Counted from the first letter of the stretch, positions 1-9,889 are shown. The stretch: 41,746 nucleotides of DNA from Candidatus Electronema nielsenii (GCA_026122915.1 JAGIXO010000004.1:1-41746); one strand, 5' to 3'. Made by a program: numbers and translations. Notes: a model not told the origin generated them from the letters alone.

Positions 1-254
1 CCTGCTGCTGGTCTCTGGGCATCCGACAGGGCGATCCTGCTGACAACTTGCATCATTGTTCGTTTCAGGACAAAAAAGCTACCGCCGGACAGCACCCCGC
101 CGATCAGCACCGACTTGGCGCAATGCCAGCCAGACAGATACCAGCCAGACAGGGCAAGCAACACCACGAAGAAGATATTAAATTGCTCAACCGTCCGCAG
201 CAGGGAAAAATCATCAGCCTGCTTTGCGTCTGCGCTGATTGGCTCAGTCATCAT
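1..254 (-). CDS. ATP synthase subunit I-like membrane protein (runs off the window start)
   Basis: Translated by hand: MMTEPISADAKQADDFSLLRTVEQFNIFFVVLLALSGWYLSGWHCAKSVLIGGVLSGGSFFVLKRTMMQ..., hydrophobic. Its start overlaps the stop of the AtpZ-like gene, the usual atpZ-atpI order. Confidence 0.65.
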   Translation of the reverse strand, partial: MMTEPISADAKQADDFSLLRTVEQFNIFFVVLLALSGWYLSGWHCAKSVLIGGVLSGGSFFVLKRTMMQVVSRIALSDAQRPAA

Positions 255-525
255 CCTTGGCGATTCTTCGGCTCAAATCCCAGAGATGCTTGAAGCCTGC
301 CGCGATACCAAAGCCAAGAAAAAGAAAACTCAGCCACGGCGCGGTACGACCTCCAAACACCTTATTGTCTAAATACCAGCCCATGCCGAAACCGATCACC
401 ACCGAGAGGGCGAAGGTCATACCGCTCTGACTGTAGTTTGCCAGATCAGAGAGGATGCCTTTTTCCTCTTTCCGCTCCCGATTTGATTGACTCAATTTGA
501 TAGCACGGCGGCGCGGCAAGTGCAA
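244..525 (-). CDS. AtpZ/AtpI family small membrane protein (start uncertain, possibly TTG at 495)
   Basis: Two TM segments with the family pattern 'VIGFGMGWYLD..FG...PWL..FL..GIAAGF'. Confidence 0.8.
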   Translation of the reverse strand: MHLPRRRAIKLSQSNRERKEEKGILSDLANYSQSGMTFALSVVIGFGMGWYLDNKVFGGRTAPWLSFLFLGFGIAAGFKHLWDLSRRIAKDDD

Positions 526-532
526 TATTTTT

Positions 533-1825
533 CTATTCAGTCGCCAATTTTGTCAGCGAGGCGGCAGTCGCGTCCATAGCCTGCTGCAAATGCTCGCGCT
601 CATGGGCGGCGGAGACAAAAGCTGCCTCGAATTGGGACGGAGCTAGCCAGATGCCGCTGGCTAACATTTGGCGGAAATGCTGCCCGTAGTGTTCTGTATT
701 CGATTTCATTGCCGATACAAAGTCTGTCACCGGCGCGTCAGTGAAGAAGCAGGTCATCATTGAGCCGATTCGGTTCAGCACTGTTGGCACCGGGGCTGCC
801 GCACCGATGGCCGCGAGCTTGTCGGCAAACCAATTGCTCTTTTCCTCAAGTTCTTTATAAAAGCCGGGCCGTCGCACCACCTTGAGCATGGCCAAGCCTG
901 CGGCCATCGCCAGCGGATTGCCGGACAAAGTACCTGCCTGATAGACCGGCCCAACTGGTGAGACCAAATCCATGATTTCCTTTTTGCCGCCGTAGGCACC
1001 CACCGGCAGGCCACCGCCGATGATTTTGCCGAGACAGGTCAGATCCGGCAGAATGCCGAAACGCTCCTGCGCTCCGCCAAGAGCCAAGCGGAAACCGGTG
1101 ATGACTTCATCAAAAATCAGGACAATGCCCAGCTCGGCGGTCAGCTCGCGCAGTTTGCGCAGGAAAGCCAGTTCCGGCACAATCACGCCCATGTTGCCCG
1201 CCACCGGCTCGATGATCACGCAGGCGATATCCAAGCTGGCATCGCGCAGGGTCTTTTCGAGTATTTCTATATTATTGTACGGAATGGACAGGGTGTTTTT
1301 GACGATGTCCTCCGGCACGCCGGGGCTGCCGGGAATGCCAAGCGTGATCACCCCGGAACCGGCCTTGACCAAGAAGGAATCCGCATGGCCGTGGTAGCAG
1401 CCGTCAAATTTGACGATCACTTTGCGCCCGGTGTAGCCCCGCGCCAGCCGCACCGCGCTCATGGTGGCCTCAGTGCCGGAGCTGACAAAGCGCACTTTTT
1501 CGATGGAAGGCACGGAAGCGCAGACCAATTCGGCCAGCTCGACCTCCAGCGCGGTGGGCGCGCCAAAACTGGTGCCGTTGGGCACGGCCTCATGAATCGC
1601 CTTGACCACTTCAGGATGGCCGTGGCCCAGAATCATCGGCCCCCATGAGCCGACAAAATCAATGAATTCATTGCCGTCCGCATCGGTGATCGTACATCCT
1701 TGGGCCTTGGCAACAAAAAGCGGGTCGCAGCCCACAGCTTTGCAGGCCCGCACAGGCGAATTCACGCCGCCGGGAATGACGTGGCAGGCTTGGGAGAAAA
1801 GAGCGGCGGAGTTTTTGGTCTTCAT
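533..1825 (-). CDS. hemL: Glutamate-1-semialdehyde 2,1-aminomutase
   Basis: PGGVNSPVRA, SGTEATMSA, FDEVITGFR, GKIIGGGLPVGAYGG (PLP lysine) and YQAGTLSGNP motifs; 430 aa. Confidence 0.97.
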   Translation of the reverse strand: MKTKNSAALFSQACHVIPGGVNSPVRACKAVGCDPLFVAKAQGCTITDADGNEFIDFVGSWGPMILGHGHPEVVKAIHEAVPNGTSFGAPTALEVELAELVCASVPSIEKVRFVSSGTEATMSAVRLARGYTGRKVIVKFDGCYHGHADSFLVKAGSGVITLGIPGSPGVPEDIVKNTLSIPYNNIEILEKTLRDASLDIACVIIEPVAGNMGVIVPELAFLRKLRELTAELGIVLIFDEVITGFRLALGGAQERFGILPDLTCLGKIIGGGLPVGAYGGKKEIMDLVSPVGPVYQAGTLSGNPLAMAAGLAMLKVVRRPGFYKELEEKSNWFADKLAAIGAAAPVPTVLNRIGSMMTCFFTDAPVTDFVSAMKSNTEHYGQHFRQMLASGIWLAPSQFEAAFVSAAHEREHLQQAMDATAASLTKLATE

Positions 1826-2081
1826 GAATGATTTCCGGTTCCGAGTGCTGGTTCAATGATTCCGGGCTTTGCGTCTTGAACTGTCAGCCCCTTGTATGGT
1901 AAGCTGCACGGGCAAGACAGTTCTGAATCAAGGGCTTGCAGGCGGCTGGTATTTTACCTGTCCGCCGTTGCCCGCTGACTATAGCATGTTGCTTTTTCTT
2001 CTGTCAAAAATAAAAACGGATTTTTGCTGTTCCCAGCTCTGCTGAGGAGGGCTGGGCGGACAAATAGAGCGTTGTGAATAG

Positions 2082-3005
2082 ATGAAAATTACAGCTGACA
2101 TATATCTCGGTGACTGCAACGAGCAGTTACGATTACTTCCAGAAAATTCTATTGATCTAATTATAACATCACCGCCTTATGCAGATCAGAGAAAAAATAC
2201 CTACGGAGGTATTCGTCCAGACGAATATGTCGAATGGTTTCTGCCTGTCTCGGAACAGTTGTTGCGTGTTCTCAAGCCAACTGGAACTTTTATTCTCAAT
2301 ATCAAAGAAAAAGTGGTGGATGGTGAACGCAGCACTTACGTGATGGAACTTATTTTGGCAATGCGCAAGCAGGGCTGGCTGTGGACTGAAGAATTCATCT
2401 GGCATAAAAAAAATTGCTATCCGGGAAAATGGCCGAATCGCTTTCGTGATGCGTGGGAGCGGCTGCTGCAATTCAACAAAAGCAGAAAATTCCACATGTA
2501 TCAAGAAGAAGTGATGGTGCCGATGGGCGATTGGGCAACTTCACGCCTGAAAAAACTTTCTGAGACTGATAAAATCAGAGACAATTCAAAGGTCGGCAGC
2601 GGATTCGGTAAAAATATTTCCAATTGGCTTGACCGCGACAAAGCATATCCAAGCAATGTGTTGCATTTAGCAACTGAATGTGGCAACAAAAAGCACAGCG
2701 CAGCTTTCCCAGAAGCTCTGCCGGAGTGGTTCATTAAACTGTTCACAAGAGAAAACGACACAGTTCTTGATCCGTTCATGGGATCAGGGACGACATTGAT
2801 TGTCGCCAATCGGATGCGGAGAAATTCTATAGGCATTGAGATCATGCCGGAATATTGTGAAGCAGCGAGGAAGCAGCTCATGCCGCAGACGCTGTTTTTG
2901 TTTGAGCCGAGAGCAGAATATGAACAAAATAAATCTGAAAGATGTATCCAGATACGTCGAGCAGAATATAGGCATTTTTCACCAGAAGCGGATTCAAAGC
3001 ATTGA
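2082..3005 (+). CDS. Site-specific DNA methyltransferase (N4-C/N6-A, beta class)
   Basis: Catalytic TSPPY near the N-terminus, H.AAFPE.L motif and SAM-binding VLDPFMGSGTT near the C-terminus. Confidence 0.92.
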   Translation: MKITADIYLGDCNEQLRLLPENSIDLIITSPPYADQRKNTYGGIRPDEYVEWFLPVSEQLLRVLKPTGTFILNIKEKVVDGERSTYVMELILAMRKQGWLWTEEFIWHKKNCYPGKWPNRFRDAWERLLQFNKSRKFHMYQEEVMVPMGDWATSRLKKLSETDKIRDNSKVGSGFGKNISNWLDRDKAYPSNVLHLATECGNKKHSAAFPEALPEWFIKLFTRENDTVLDPFMGSGTTLIVANRMRRNSIGIEIMPEYCEAARKQLMPQTLFLFEPRAEYEQNKSERCIQIRRAEYRHFSPEADSKH

Positions 3006-3654
3006 TGGACTAAAGCTGTCCAATGTCCTCAAAAGAAAAAATCCGTATCTCTTTCGAGCAAAATATCTCTTGACTGCGGAGCAAATTGTCAAAGGTTTAG
3101 TTGACGCACATATTTCTTCTAATGAAGAAACGCTTTTTGGCGACTGGCTGGAAGGTCTTGCCTTGTTTATCAATGCGCAGACGTATGGCGGACGCAAATC
3201 AGGAATACAGGGCATTGATTTGGAATTTGATGCGGATAGCCGACGAAATATAGTGACTATCAAATCTGGCCCTAACTGGGGCAACAGTTCACAGATTGCC
3301 AAGATGCGCTCTGATTTTAAAACAGCTCAAAAAATTTTGCGTACCAGTAATTCCAATCTTCATGTTATGGCCGTCAACGGCTGCTGTTACGGAAAAGACA
3401 GCAAGCCGGACAAAGGAGATTATTTCAAATACTGCGGCCAGCGTTTCTGGGAATTCATCTCTGGGGACAGTGAATTATTTATAGCAATCGTTGAGCCGCT
3501 TGGAAATATGGCAAAAGAAAAAAACGAGGAGTTCCAAAAATCATACGCACAGATGATCAACAGGTTCACTAAAGAATTCGCCAACTCTTTCTGCAACGAC
3601 AGCGGTGAGATAAAATGGGACGAGATGGTTCACTTCAACTCTTCTGCTGAATAA
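2920..3654 (+). CDS. Type II restriction endonuclease, PmeII-like
   Basis: Start taken at ATG 2920 (MNKINLKD). LKRKNPYLF, SS.ETLFGDWLE, GIDLE..IKSGPNWGNSSQ (PD-(D/E)xK-like) and CGQRFWEFISGD; overlaps the MTase gene. Confidence 0.8.
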   Translation: MNKINLKDVSRYVEQNIGIFHQKRIQSIDGLKLSNVLKRKNPYLFRAKYLLTAEQIVKGLVDAHISSNEETLFGDWLEGLALFINAQTYGGRKSGIQGIDLEFDADSRRNIVTIKSGPNWGNSSQIAKMRSDFKTAQKILRTSNSNLHVMAVNGCCYGKDSKPDKGDYFKYCGQRFWEFISGDSELFIAIVEPLGNMAKEKNEEFQKSYAQMINRFTKEFANSFCNDSGEIKWDEMVHFNSSAE

Positions 3655-3687
3655 AATAAATACACACTTCGTCCTATACTGAACAAA

Positions 3688-4830
3688 ATGACTATGAAAT
3701 CATCTGACTGCAAGAATATTATTAAGATCAAGGCTAATTCTGATAAGAAGCCACTTTCTAAGGAGCAGAAAAAATTTAATCTTCTTATTAAAAAAATCGA
3801 AAGCAATAAAAAATTATTCAAAGATTGGAATGACGCTATTCGTACTTTCAAACATAGCATCGATGCCGAGTATAGGAAACTGCACGATGAATACGATAAA
3901 CAGCTTGTAGTGCTCTTGCGCCTCCTTGATGCGGCATATCCGAACAAGCTGTTTACAAAAACAGATAAAAGAAAAATGAATCATCTGATCGTCTCAATTG
4001 GTGACGAATTGATGTCGGATGAAAGAACAGAGGAAGTTATGGATATTTATAATAAATACAAAACAGATATTCCTCAAGTCGATGAAAAAAGTGACCAACA
4101 AGTCGGCGAGATGATGAAATCTATGTTTGAAGAAATATTAGGCGTTGAGATTGATGATGAGATTGATGTCAGTTCGCCGGAAAAATTTGAAGCTGCCCTG
4201 AAAGAAAAAATAACTCAGAAAAAAGAGCAGGAACGGCTGGCTGAAGAACAGCGCAGTAGGCGGAAAAAGACAGTAAAGCAATTAGAAAAAGAAGCAAAAT
4301 TGAAGCAGCAAGAGCAGGAACTCAGCAAGTCAATTCAAGAAATTTATCGAAAAATGGTTGCTGCGCTGCATCCTGACCTTGAGCAAGATGAAGCCGAAAA
4401 AGCGAGAAAAACGAAGATAATGCAAGAGGTGAACGTTGCTTATTCAGAGAAAGATTTATTACGTTTATTTGAATTACAATTGGAACTGGAGCATATTGAC
4501 GAATCCCAGCTTGGCGATATCGCGGAAGAAAAATTAAAACTTTTCAATAAAACTCTGCAAAACCAGCTAAAAGAGTTGGAGCAGGAAATTTATTTCATCG
4601 AGAACGGAGCAAAAATGGAAATTGATTGGCTTCAATTTATTTCTTTGTCACCGGATCAATTTTTGGAAGAATTGCAGCAAGGGATACGAGATTTTGAAGG
4701 CAATATAGAAAAAACAAAAAAATATATTGAACAGTTCACATCGCATCAAGAACTGAAAGCGTTCCTGAAAACCTATAAGGTGCCTCGTCAGCAGTCTTGT
4801 ATACCTGTCCCCCTCGATTTATACCTTTAA
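3688..4830 (+). CDS. Coiled-coil protein with an internal J-domain-like segment
   Basis: IYRKMVAALHPDLEQDEAEKARKTKIMQEVNVAY contains the HPD J-domain signature; flanks are K/E-rich coiled coil. Confidence 0.7.
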   Translation: MTMKSSDCKNIIKIKANSDKKPLSKEQKKFNLLIKKIESNKKLFKDWNDAIRTFKHSIDAEYRKLHDEYDKQLVVLLRLLDAAYPNKLFTKTDKRKMNHLIVSIGDELMSDERTEEVMDIYNKYKTDIPQVDEKSDQQVGEMMKSMFEEILGVEIDDEIDVSSPEKFEAALKEKITQKKEQERLAEEQRSRRKKTVKQLEKEAKLKQQEQELSKSIQEIYRKMVAALHPDLEQDEAEKARKTKIMQEVNVAYSEKDLLRLFELQLELEHIDESQLGDIAEEKLKLFNKTLQNQLKELEQEIYFIENGAKMEIDWLQFISLSPDQFLEELQQGIRDFEGNIEKTKKYIEQFTSHQELKAFLKTYKVPRQQSCIPVPLDLYL

Positions 4831-4865
4831 AAGGGGGGAATATTTTTCATTCAATGGAGATTAGC

Positions 4866-5153
4866 ATGAAATTCAAACGTAATGTAGTGTTAGCTGTGAG
4901 TATTTTTTCTATAATTGTAGCTGGCCTTGCCATGATAGAGCCAGCAGGAGCTGAAAAGCAAGACAGCAATCAGAAGTATAAATGTGATGGACGCACACAC
5001 TGCTCGCAGATGACTTCATGTGAAGAGGCAAAATTTTTCATCAAAAATTGCCCTAACACGAAAATGGATGGAAACAATGATGGTATTCCCTGCGAGAAGC
5101 AGTGGTGTAAACAGCCAATAACAATTGAGAAAACGATCTCTGTTTTGCGCTGA
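4866..5153 (+). CDS. Secreted Excalibur calcium-binding domain protein
   Basis: GGAG RBS before ATG 4866, signal peptide, then CDGRTHCSQMTSCEEA...CPNTKMDGNNDGIPCE. Confidence 0.85.
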   Translation: MKFKRNVVLAVSIFSIIVAGLAMIEPAGAEKQDSNQKYKCDGRTHCSQMTSCEEAKFFIKNCPNTKMDGNNDGIPCEKQWCKQPITIEKTISVLR

Positions 5154-5183
5154 CAGGGATCGTTCACAATCAAGAGGAACACT

Positions 5184-5648
5184 ATGAAAAAAAACGCTCA
5201 ACATACCATTGCTGCCTTATTGCTAACCTTCCTTTCTTCTTCCTCAGCGTTGGCGAAATTTGATCTTCCTGATTATGTTTATCCTGCCAGTCAGCTGAAG
5301 GAGGCGCAGACAAAAGCCAAAAGCGGCAAGAAACCGCTGGCTTTTGTCGGCACTAACAAAGAAACTACTTGTCCGATAGCGACAGCAGCCAGCCAAGAGA
5401 TTTTTCAAGGACTGAAAGATTCCTGCATTATTGTCTATGTCGAGCAGGATGATGTCGATAATCTCCCAAAGATTGCAGAAAAGGCTCTGGAGTCAGAAGA
5501 AGCAGGCAAGTATATTCCAAAAACAGCAGTGGTTAGTGCGGACGGAAGCACGCTGATCCTCATTCTTCCTGATGCTCAACCTGAGCAACGGGCGATGAAA
5601 ATCAAGGAAGCGCAGGAAAAAATCGCTCAGTATATGGCAGAAAAATAA
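5184..5648 (+). CDS. Secreted hypothetical protein, probable thioredoxin-like fold without CxxC
   Basis: GAGG RBS, signal peptide ending ALA, and 'A..KAKSGKKPLAFV...TCP' resembling thioredoxin-like domains. Confidence 0.55.
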   Translation: MKKNAQHTIAALLLTFLSSSSALAKFDLPDYVYPASQLKEAQTKAKSGKKPLAFVGTNKETTCPIATAASQEIFQGLKDSCIIVYVEQDDVDNLPKIAEKALESEEAGKYIPKTAVVSADGSTLILILPDAQPEQRAMKIKEAQEKIAQYMAEK

Positions 5649-5702
5649 TTAACCCTTCTGTCTTTCATCTCACTACAAACACGCATAAAGGAGAACCAGA
5701 TT

Positions 5703-6032
5703 ATGGCAAGTGACAAAGTTATTAATGTGACAGATAGTTCTTTTGAAAGTACCGTGATTAACGGAGAACTTCCCTGCCTCGTTGATTTTTGGGCACCGTG
5801 GTGCGGCCCATGCAAGGCTATTGGCCCGGTTATTGATCAGCTCGCGGATGAATTTGACGGTAAAGTGAAAATCGCCAAGATGAATGTCGATGAAAACCCC
5901 GAAACCCCGGGAAAATTCAGCATCAGGGCCATCCCGACTTTGATTTTATTCAAAGACGGCAAAAAGTTAGACACGATCACCGGTGCAGTGGGCAAAGGCC
6001 AGCTGGTGATGTTGCTCAACAAGGCAGTCTGA
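5703..6032 (+). CDS. trxA: Thioredoxin
   Basis: VDFWAPWCGPCK active site, AAGGAG RBS. Confidence 0.97.
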   Translation: MASDKVINVTDSSFESTVINGELPCLVDFWAPWCGPCKAIGPVIDQLADEFDGKVKIAKMNVDENPETPGKFSIRAIPTLILFKDGKKLDTITGAVGKGQLVMLLNKAV

Positions 6033-6101
6033 TCGTTCCAGCGGCGCAGTCTCCGGGGCGTACCGCGCTCCGGGGGCGAAATTCAATTGCGGAAAATTCT
6101 T

Positions 6102-7037
6102 ATGAACAAGCCAGATTATCAACTGATCATCGTCGGCGGCGGCCCTGCCGGACTAACTGCCGGGCTGTACGCCGCGCGCGGGCGGATCAAAACTCTACTC
6201 ATCGAAAAAGGCGCAACCGGCGGCCAAGTATTGCTTACGGACTGGGTCGATAATTATCCCGCCTTTCCTGATGGTGTGGCTGGTTTTGAGCTGATAGACA
6301 AGATGACTGCCCAAGCTGATCGTTTCGGTCTGGAAAAAAAATTTGCCACTGTTGAGTCGCTGGATTTGCAGGGCGAGCTGAAAAGCGTTCGCTTGGATTC
6401 TGGCGAGCAACTGACTTGTGAGGCGATTATTCTTTGCACCGGAGCCAGACCGCGTAAAATCGGCGTACCGGGCGAAGAAAAACTGCAAGGCAAAGGTGTG
6501 TCTTACTGCGCTACCTGCGATGGCCCTTTTTATCGTGATCAAGAAATCGTGGTGGTGGGTGGTGGCAACACTGCAATTCAGGAAGCGATCCATCTAACCA
6601 AATTTGCAAAAAAAGTTACTGTTATTCACCGAAGAGATAGCCTGCGGGCCACCGCCATTTTACAGGAAAAGGCTTTGGCGAACGAAAAAATCAAATTTAT
6701 CTGGAACGCTCAGGTCAGCGAAATCATTGGCACGGAGAGCGTCGAGGCAGTGAATATCCGCTATAACGACGGCTCGACCTCTGTGCTGCCGGTGACAGGA
6801 ATTTTTGTCCTCATCGGAGTGATGCCTAACAATGAAATCCTGCCGCTGGAGCAGCTAAAAACCGACGAAGGCGGCTTCTTGATCACGGACAGTGAAATGG
6901 GCTGTCTCGACCTGCCGGGCGTATTTGCCGCAGGCGACATCCGCAGTAAGCTCTTCCGCCAGATCATCAATGCTGCCGGTGAAGGGGCCAACGCCGAGCT
7001 TTCCGCTGAACACTATCTCGGCACCCGACCGAGCTGA
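6102..7037 (+). CDS. trxB: Thioredoxin-disulfide reductase
   Basis: GGGPAGLTAG, GVSYCATCDG, VVGGGNTA and GVFAAGD; follows trxA. Start taken at ATG 6102. Confidence 0.95.
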   Translation: MNKPDYQLIIVGGGPAGLTAGLYAARGRIKTLLIEKGATGGQVLLTDWVDNYPAFPDGVAGFELIDKMTAQADRFGLEKKFATVESLDLQGELKSVRLDSGEQLTCEAIILCTGARPRKIGVPGEEKLQGKGVSYCATCDGPFYRDQEIVVVGGGNTAIQEAIHLTKFAKKVTVIHRRDSLRATAILQEKALANEKIKFIWNAQVSEIIGTESVEAVNIRYNDGSTSVLPVTGIFVLIGVMPNNEILPLEQLKTDEGGFLITDSEMGCLDLPGVFAAGDIRSKLFRQIINAAGEGANAELSAEHYLGTRPS

Positions 7038-7064
7038 ATATAAAAAAACACTCAGGATACCGCT

Positions 7065-7898
7065 ATGCAAACCGCTGTTTCCAAATACCGCACCGCACAC
7101 CCCCGCTCCGTTATTTATGTACTTCTTGCCGCCACGTGCCTTTCTCTGAGCGGCTGCGGCACGGTTAAAGATATGTTCAGCTCTTGGTCGTTCGGCGCGG
7201 ATAAAGATGAGGCGTTTGAACCGGCGGATACCTTAGCGGCCAAGGGCATGGAAGATTACAAGATCGCTAATTATTCGGATGCGCTCAAGTCCTTTCAAAG
7301 TATCATTGATCACCACCCGTTTAGCCCACAGGCTCTGCTGGCCGAGCTGAAGGCCGCAGACTGCCAGTATTACAACGGCAAATATGCGGAAGCCAAGGAG
7401 CTATACAAGACCTTTGAGGAGCGGCATCCTACCAATGAGGCTGTGCCTTATGTCATGTTTCAAATTGGGATGTGCGATCTTTCCCGATCCAGTCGAATCG
7501 ACCGCGACCCTACCGGTGCGCGTGACGCAGTGCAATCTTTTTCCCAGCTCCTGCGCGTTCATCCTGATTCGCCGTACGCCAGCGAGGCCAAAGCGAGGAT
7601 ACAGGAGGGAAAAGAGTTTATTGCCAGCCACGAGTATTTTGTCGCGGTTTTTTATGTCCGCACCAGCAAATATGAGCAAGCCCAGCATCGCCTAAAATAT
7701 TTGATCGCCACCCACCCGGACGCTGCGGTCATTCCTAAGGCCAAAGAGCTACTGACTAAGTTAGAAGCAGGCAAGCCGCCCAAATGGGGCATAGAAAAAT
7801 GGTTGCCAGATTGGCAGCTGCCGGACTGGGGCTGGTGGAAAAAGGGCAAGGACGTGGTCGAGGAAACCGGCAAAGAGGCGGAGAAATCCGCCCAATAA
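7065..7898 (+). CDS. bamD: Outer membrane protein assembly lipoprotein BamD
   Basis: Lipobox LSGC, TPR helices, and HPFS, DRDPT and HE..VA.FY motifs typical of BamD. Confidence 0.88.
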   Translation: MQTAVSKYRTAHPRSVIYVLLAATCLSLSGCGTVKDMFSSWSFGADKDEAFEPADTLAAKGMEDYKIANYSDALKSFQSIIDHHPFSPQALLAELKAADCQYYNGKYAEAKELYKTFEERHPTNEAVPYVMFQIGMCDLSRSSRIDRDPTGARDAVQSFSQLLRVHPDSPYASEAKARIQEGKEFIASHEYFVAVFYVRTSKYEQAQHRLKYLIATHPDAAVIPKAKELLTKLEAGKPPKWGIEKWLPDWQLPDWGWWKKGKDVVEETGKEAEKSAQ

Positions 7899-7916
7899 CG
7901 GAGCGGGACGACATTT

Positions 7917-9731
7917 ATGGGCTTCCTTGACAGCGAAGAGCTGCTTGAGCTGCTGCTGCGGCAACGGCTGATCAACGAGCAGCAGAAACAATTTGTCCTC
8001 CGCAACAAGGAGCGACAAACGCAGTTGCTGCTCAAGCAACAGGGGATGCAGAAGCCCGGTAGTGGCCCGGCGGGTCGGGGTTATCCTGACATGGTAGATA
8101 TTGTAGCTTCCATGAAGCTGGAAATGCCGGGCGGCAAAAAGAAAATTCTCACTGAAGAGACCGTGATGCGGACGGTCGCTCATCACCTCAGCATCCCCTT
8201 TAAAAAACTTGATCCGCTGGAGTTGGATATTGAAATCGTCACCAAAACGATTCCCCGTTCCTTTGCCATTAGCCATTTGATTCTGCCTTTTGAAGTCCGC
8301 AACGGCGTTCTTCAAGTTGTCACCTATGACCCGGAAAATAAAAGTGCGCTGGAGGACATTGAGCAAGTCAATCAGATCAAGGTCAATCCTTGGTTAAGCA
8401 CCCGCAGTGATATTAAAAAAATTCTGTCGGAATTTTTCGGTTTCCAACAGTCAATCACCGCAGCTGAAAGTCAGTTCAGCGGAAGTGGTGTCAGCGCAGC
8501 GGTCGATATTGGCAATTTAGAGCAGTATGTTAAGCTCTCCAGCACCGAACTCAGCTCCACCGACCAGCACATCAAGGCGGCAGTCAATCATCTTTTCAAA
8601 TATGCCATTGATCAGCGGGCCAGTGACATTCATATTGAGCCGAAACGCGATTGCTGCATGATCCGCTACCGGATCGACGGCATTCTCCATACCATCTATA
8701 AACTGCCCAAGGCTGTGCATTCGGCCATCAGTTCGCGAATCAAAACCTTAGCTCGCTTAGACATCGCCGAAAAACGGCGGCCTCAGGACGGCAGAATCAA
8801 GATCAGCCAGCAGGACGGTAAAGAAGTCGAGCTACGTGTTTCGACTATTCCGGTCTCTTTTGGTGAAAAGACGGTTATGCGTATTCTTGATTCCAGCGTG
8901 ATCTTTCAAGACTTAGACGAAATTGGCTTTTCTAAACGAGATCGAGCGGTTTATGATTCCTTCATGAAAGCTCATCACGGCATTGTCCTTGTCACTGGCC
9001 CGACCGGCAGCGGTAAATCCACCACGCTTTATTCCACCCTCAAGAAAATTGCCACGCCGGAAATCAACATCATTACGGTGGAAGACCCAGTGGAAATGGT
9101 GCATGAAGAATTCAATCAAATATCTGTGCAACCACAGATTGATGTCACTTTTTCTACTATTCTGCGGCATATCCTGCGTCAAGACCCTGATGTGATTATG
9201 ATCGGCGAGATACGCGACCTCGCCACCGCCACCCACGCGGTACAGGCCGCCCTGACCGGTCATCTCGTTTTTTCTACCCTCCACACCAACGATGCAGTTT
9301 CCACGGTCATCCGTTTGCAAGACCTTGGTCTTGAGCCATTTTTAGTCGCTTCTACCATGCTCGGTGCCTTGGCCCAGCGCTTGGTGCGCAAAATCTGCCC
9401 GCATTGCATTGAAGGCTATCAGGCCGATTTTGCTGAGTTGCAGCGGATGGGCTTTCCGGTTTCTGGTGAAGGCACGATTGAACTCAAGCGCGGTAACGGC
9501 TGCAAAGAATGTCGGAAGACCGGTTACGCAGGTCGGATGGGTATTTTTGAGATATTTCCTATGTCCGACAAGATCAAAAAGTTGATCACGGAAAAGGCTT
9601 CTGATGCCGAGCTGCGGCAAGTCGCTATCCGCGAAGGAATGACCACGCTCAACGAAGATGCTTGGCAGAAAGTGAAGAATGGCCTGACCACAGTGGAAGA
9701 AGCGAGACGAGTTTGCGGAGCAGATGCCTGA
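7917..9731 (+). CDS. GspE/PulE/PilB family secretion or pilus-assembly ATPase
   Basis: ASDIHIEP, DIAEKRRPQDGRI, Walker A GPTGSGKSTT, LRQDPDVIMIGEIRD, TGHLVFSTLHTN and two CxxC Zn motifs. Confidence 0.93.
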   Translation: MGFLDSEELLELLLRQRLINEQQKQFVLRNKERQTQLLLKQQGMQKPGSGPAGRGYPDMVDIVASMKLEMPGGKKKILTEETVMRTVAHHLSIPFKKLDPLELDIEIVTKTIPRSFAISHLILPFEVRNGVLQVVTYDPENKSALEDIEQVNQIKVNPWLSTRSDIKKILSEFFGFQQSITAAESQFSGSGVSAAVDIGNLEQYVKLSSTELSSTDQHIKAAVNHLFKYAIDQRASDIHIEPKRDCCMIRYRIDGILHTIYKLPKAVHSAISSRIKTLARLDIAEKRRPQDGRIKISQQDGKEVELRVSTIPVSFGEKTVMRILDSSVIFQDLDEIGFSKRDRAVYDSFMKAHHGIVLVTGPTGSGKSTTLYSTLKKIATPEINIITVEDPVEMVHEEFNQISVQPQIDVTFSTILRHILRQDPDVIMIGEIRDLATATHAVQAALTGHLVFSTLHTNDAVSTVIRLQDLGLEPFLVASTMLGALAQRLVRKICPHCIEGYQADFAELQRMGFPVSGEGTIELKRGNGCKECRKTGYAGRMGIFEIFPMSDKIKKLITEKASDAELRQVAIREGMTTLNEDAWQKVKNGLTTVEEARRVCGADA

Positions 9732-9889
9732 TAGGACTTGAAGCTGCACGCTCTTCCTTCTTTCCGCTGCACTTTGCTGTTGCTTTTCAAGCAATCAGCA
9801 GTAGAATGCTTTTCTTTGCGAAAGCAAAACGGCAGGTTCTGCCGCACCGATTCAACAATGTAGAGTTCTTATCCGAGGAGAATGCAGCC

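Noticed and set aside
9662-9889. Longer start for the cytochrome ORF
   Set aside because: It overlaps the ATPase gene, and the RBS and signal peptide point to ATG 9890.
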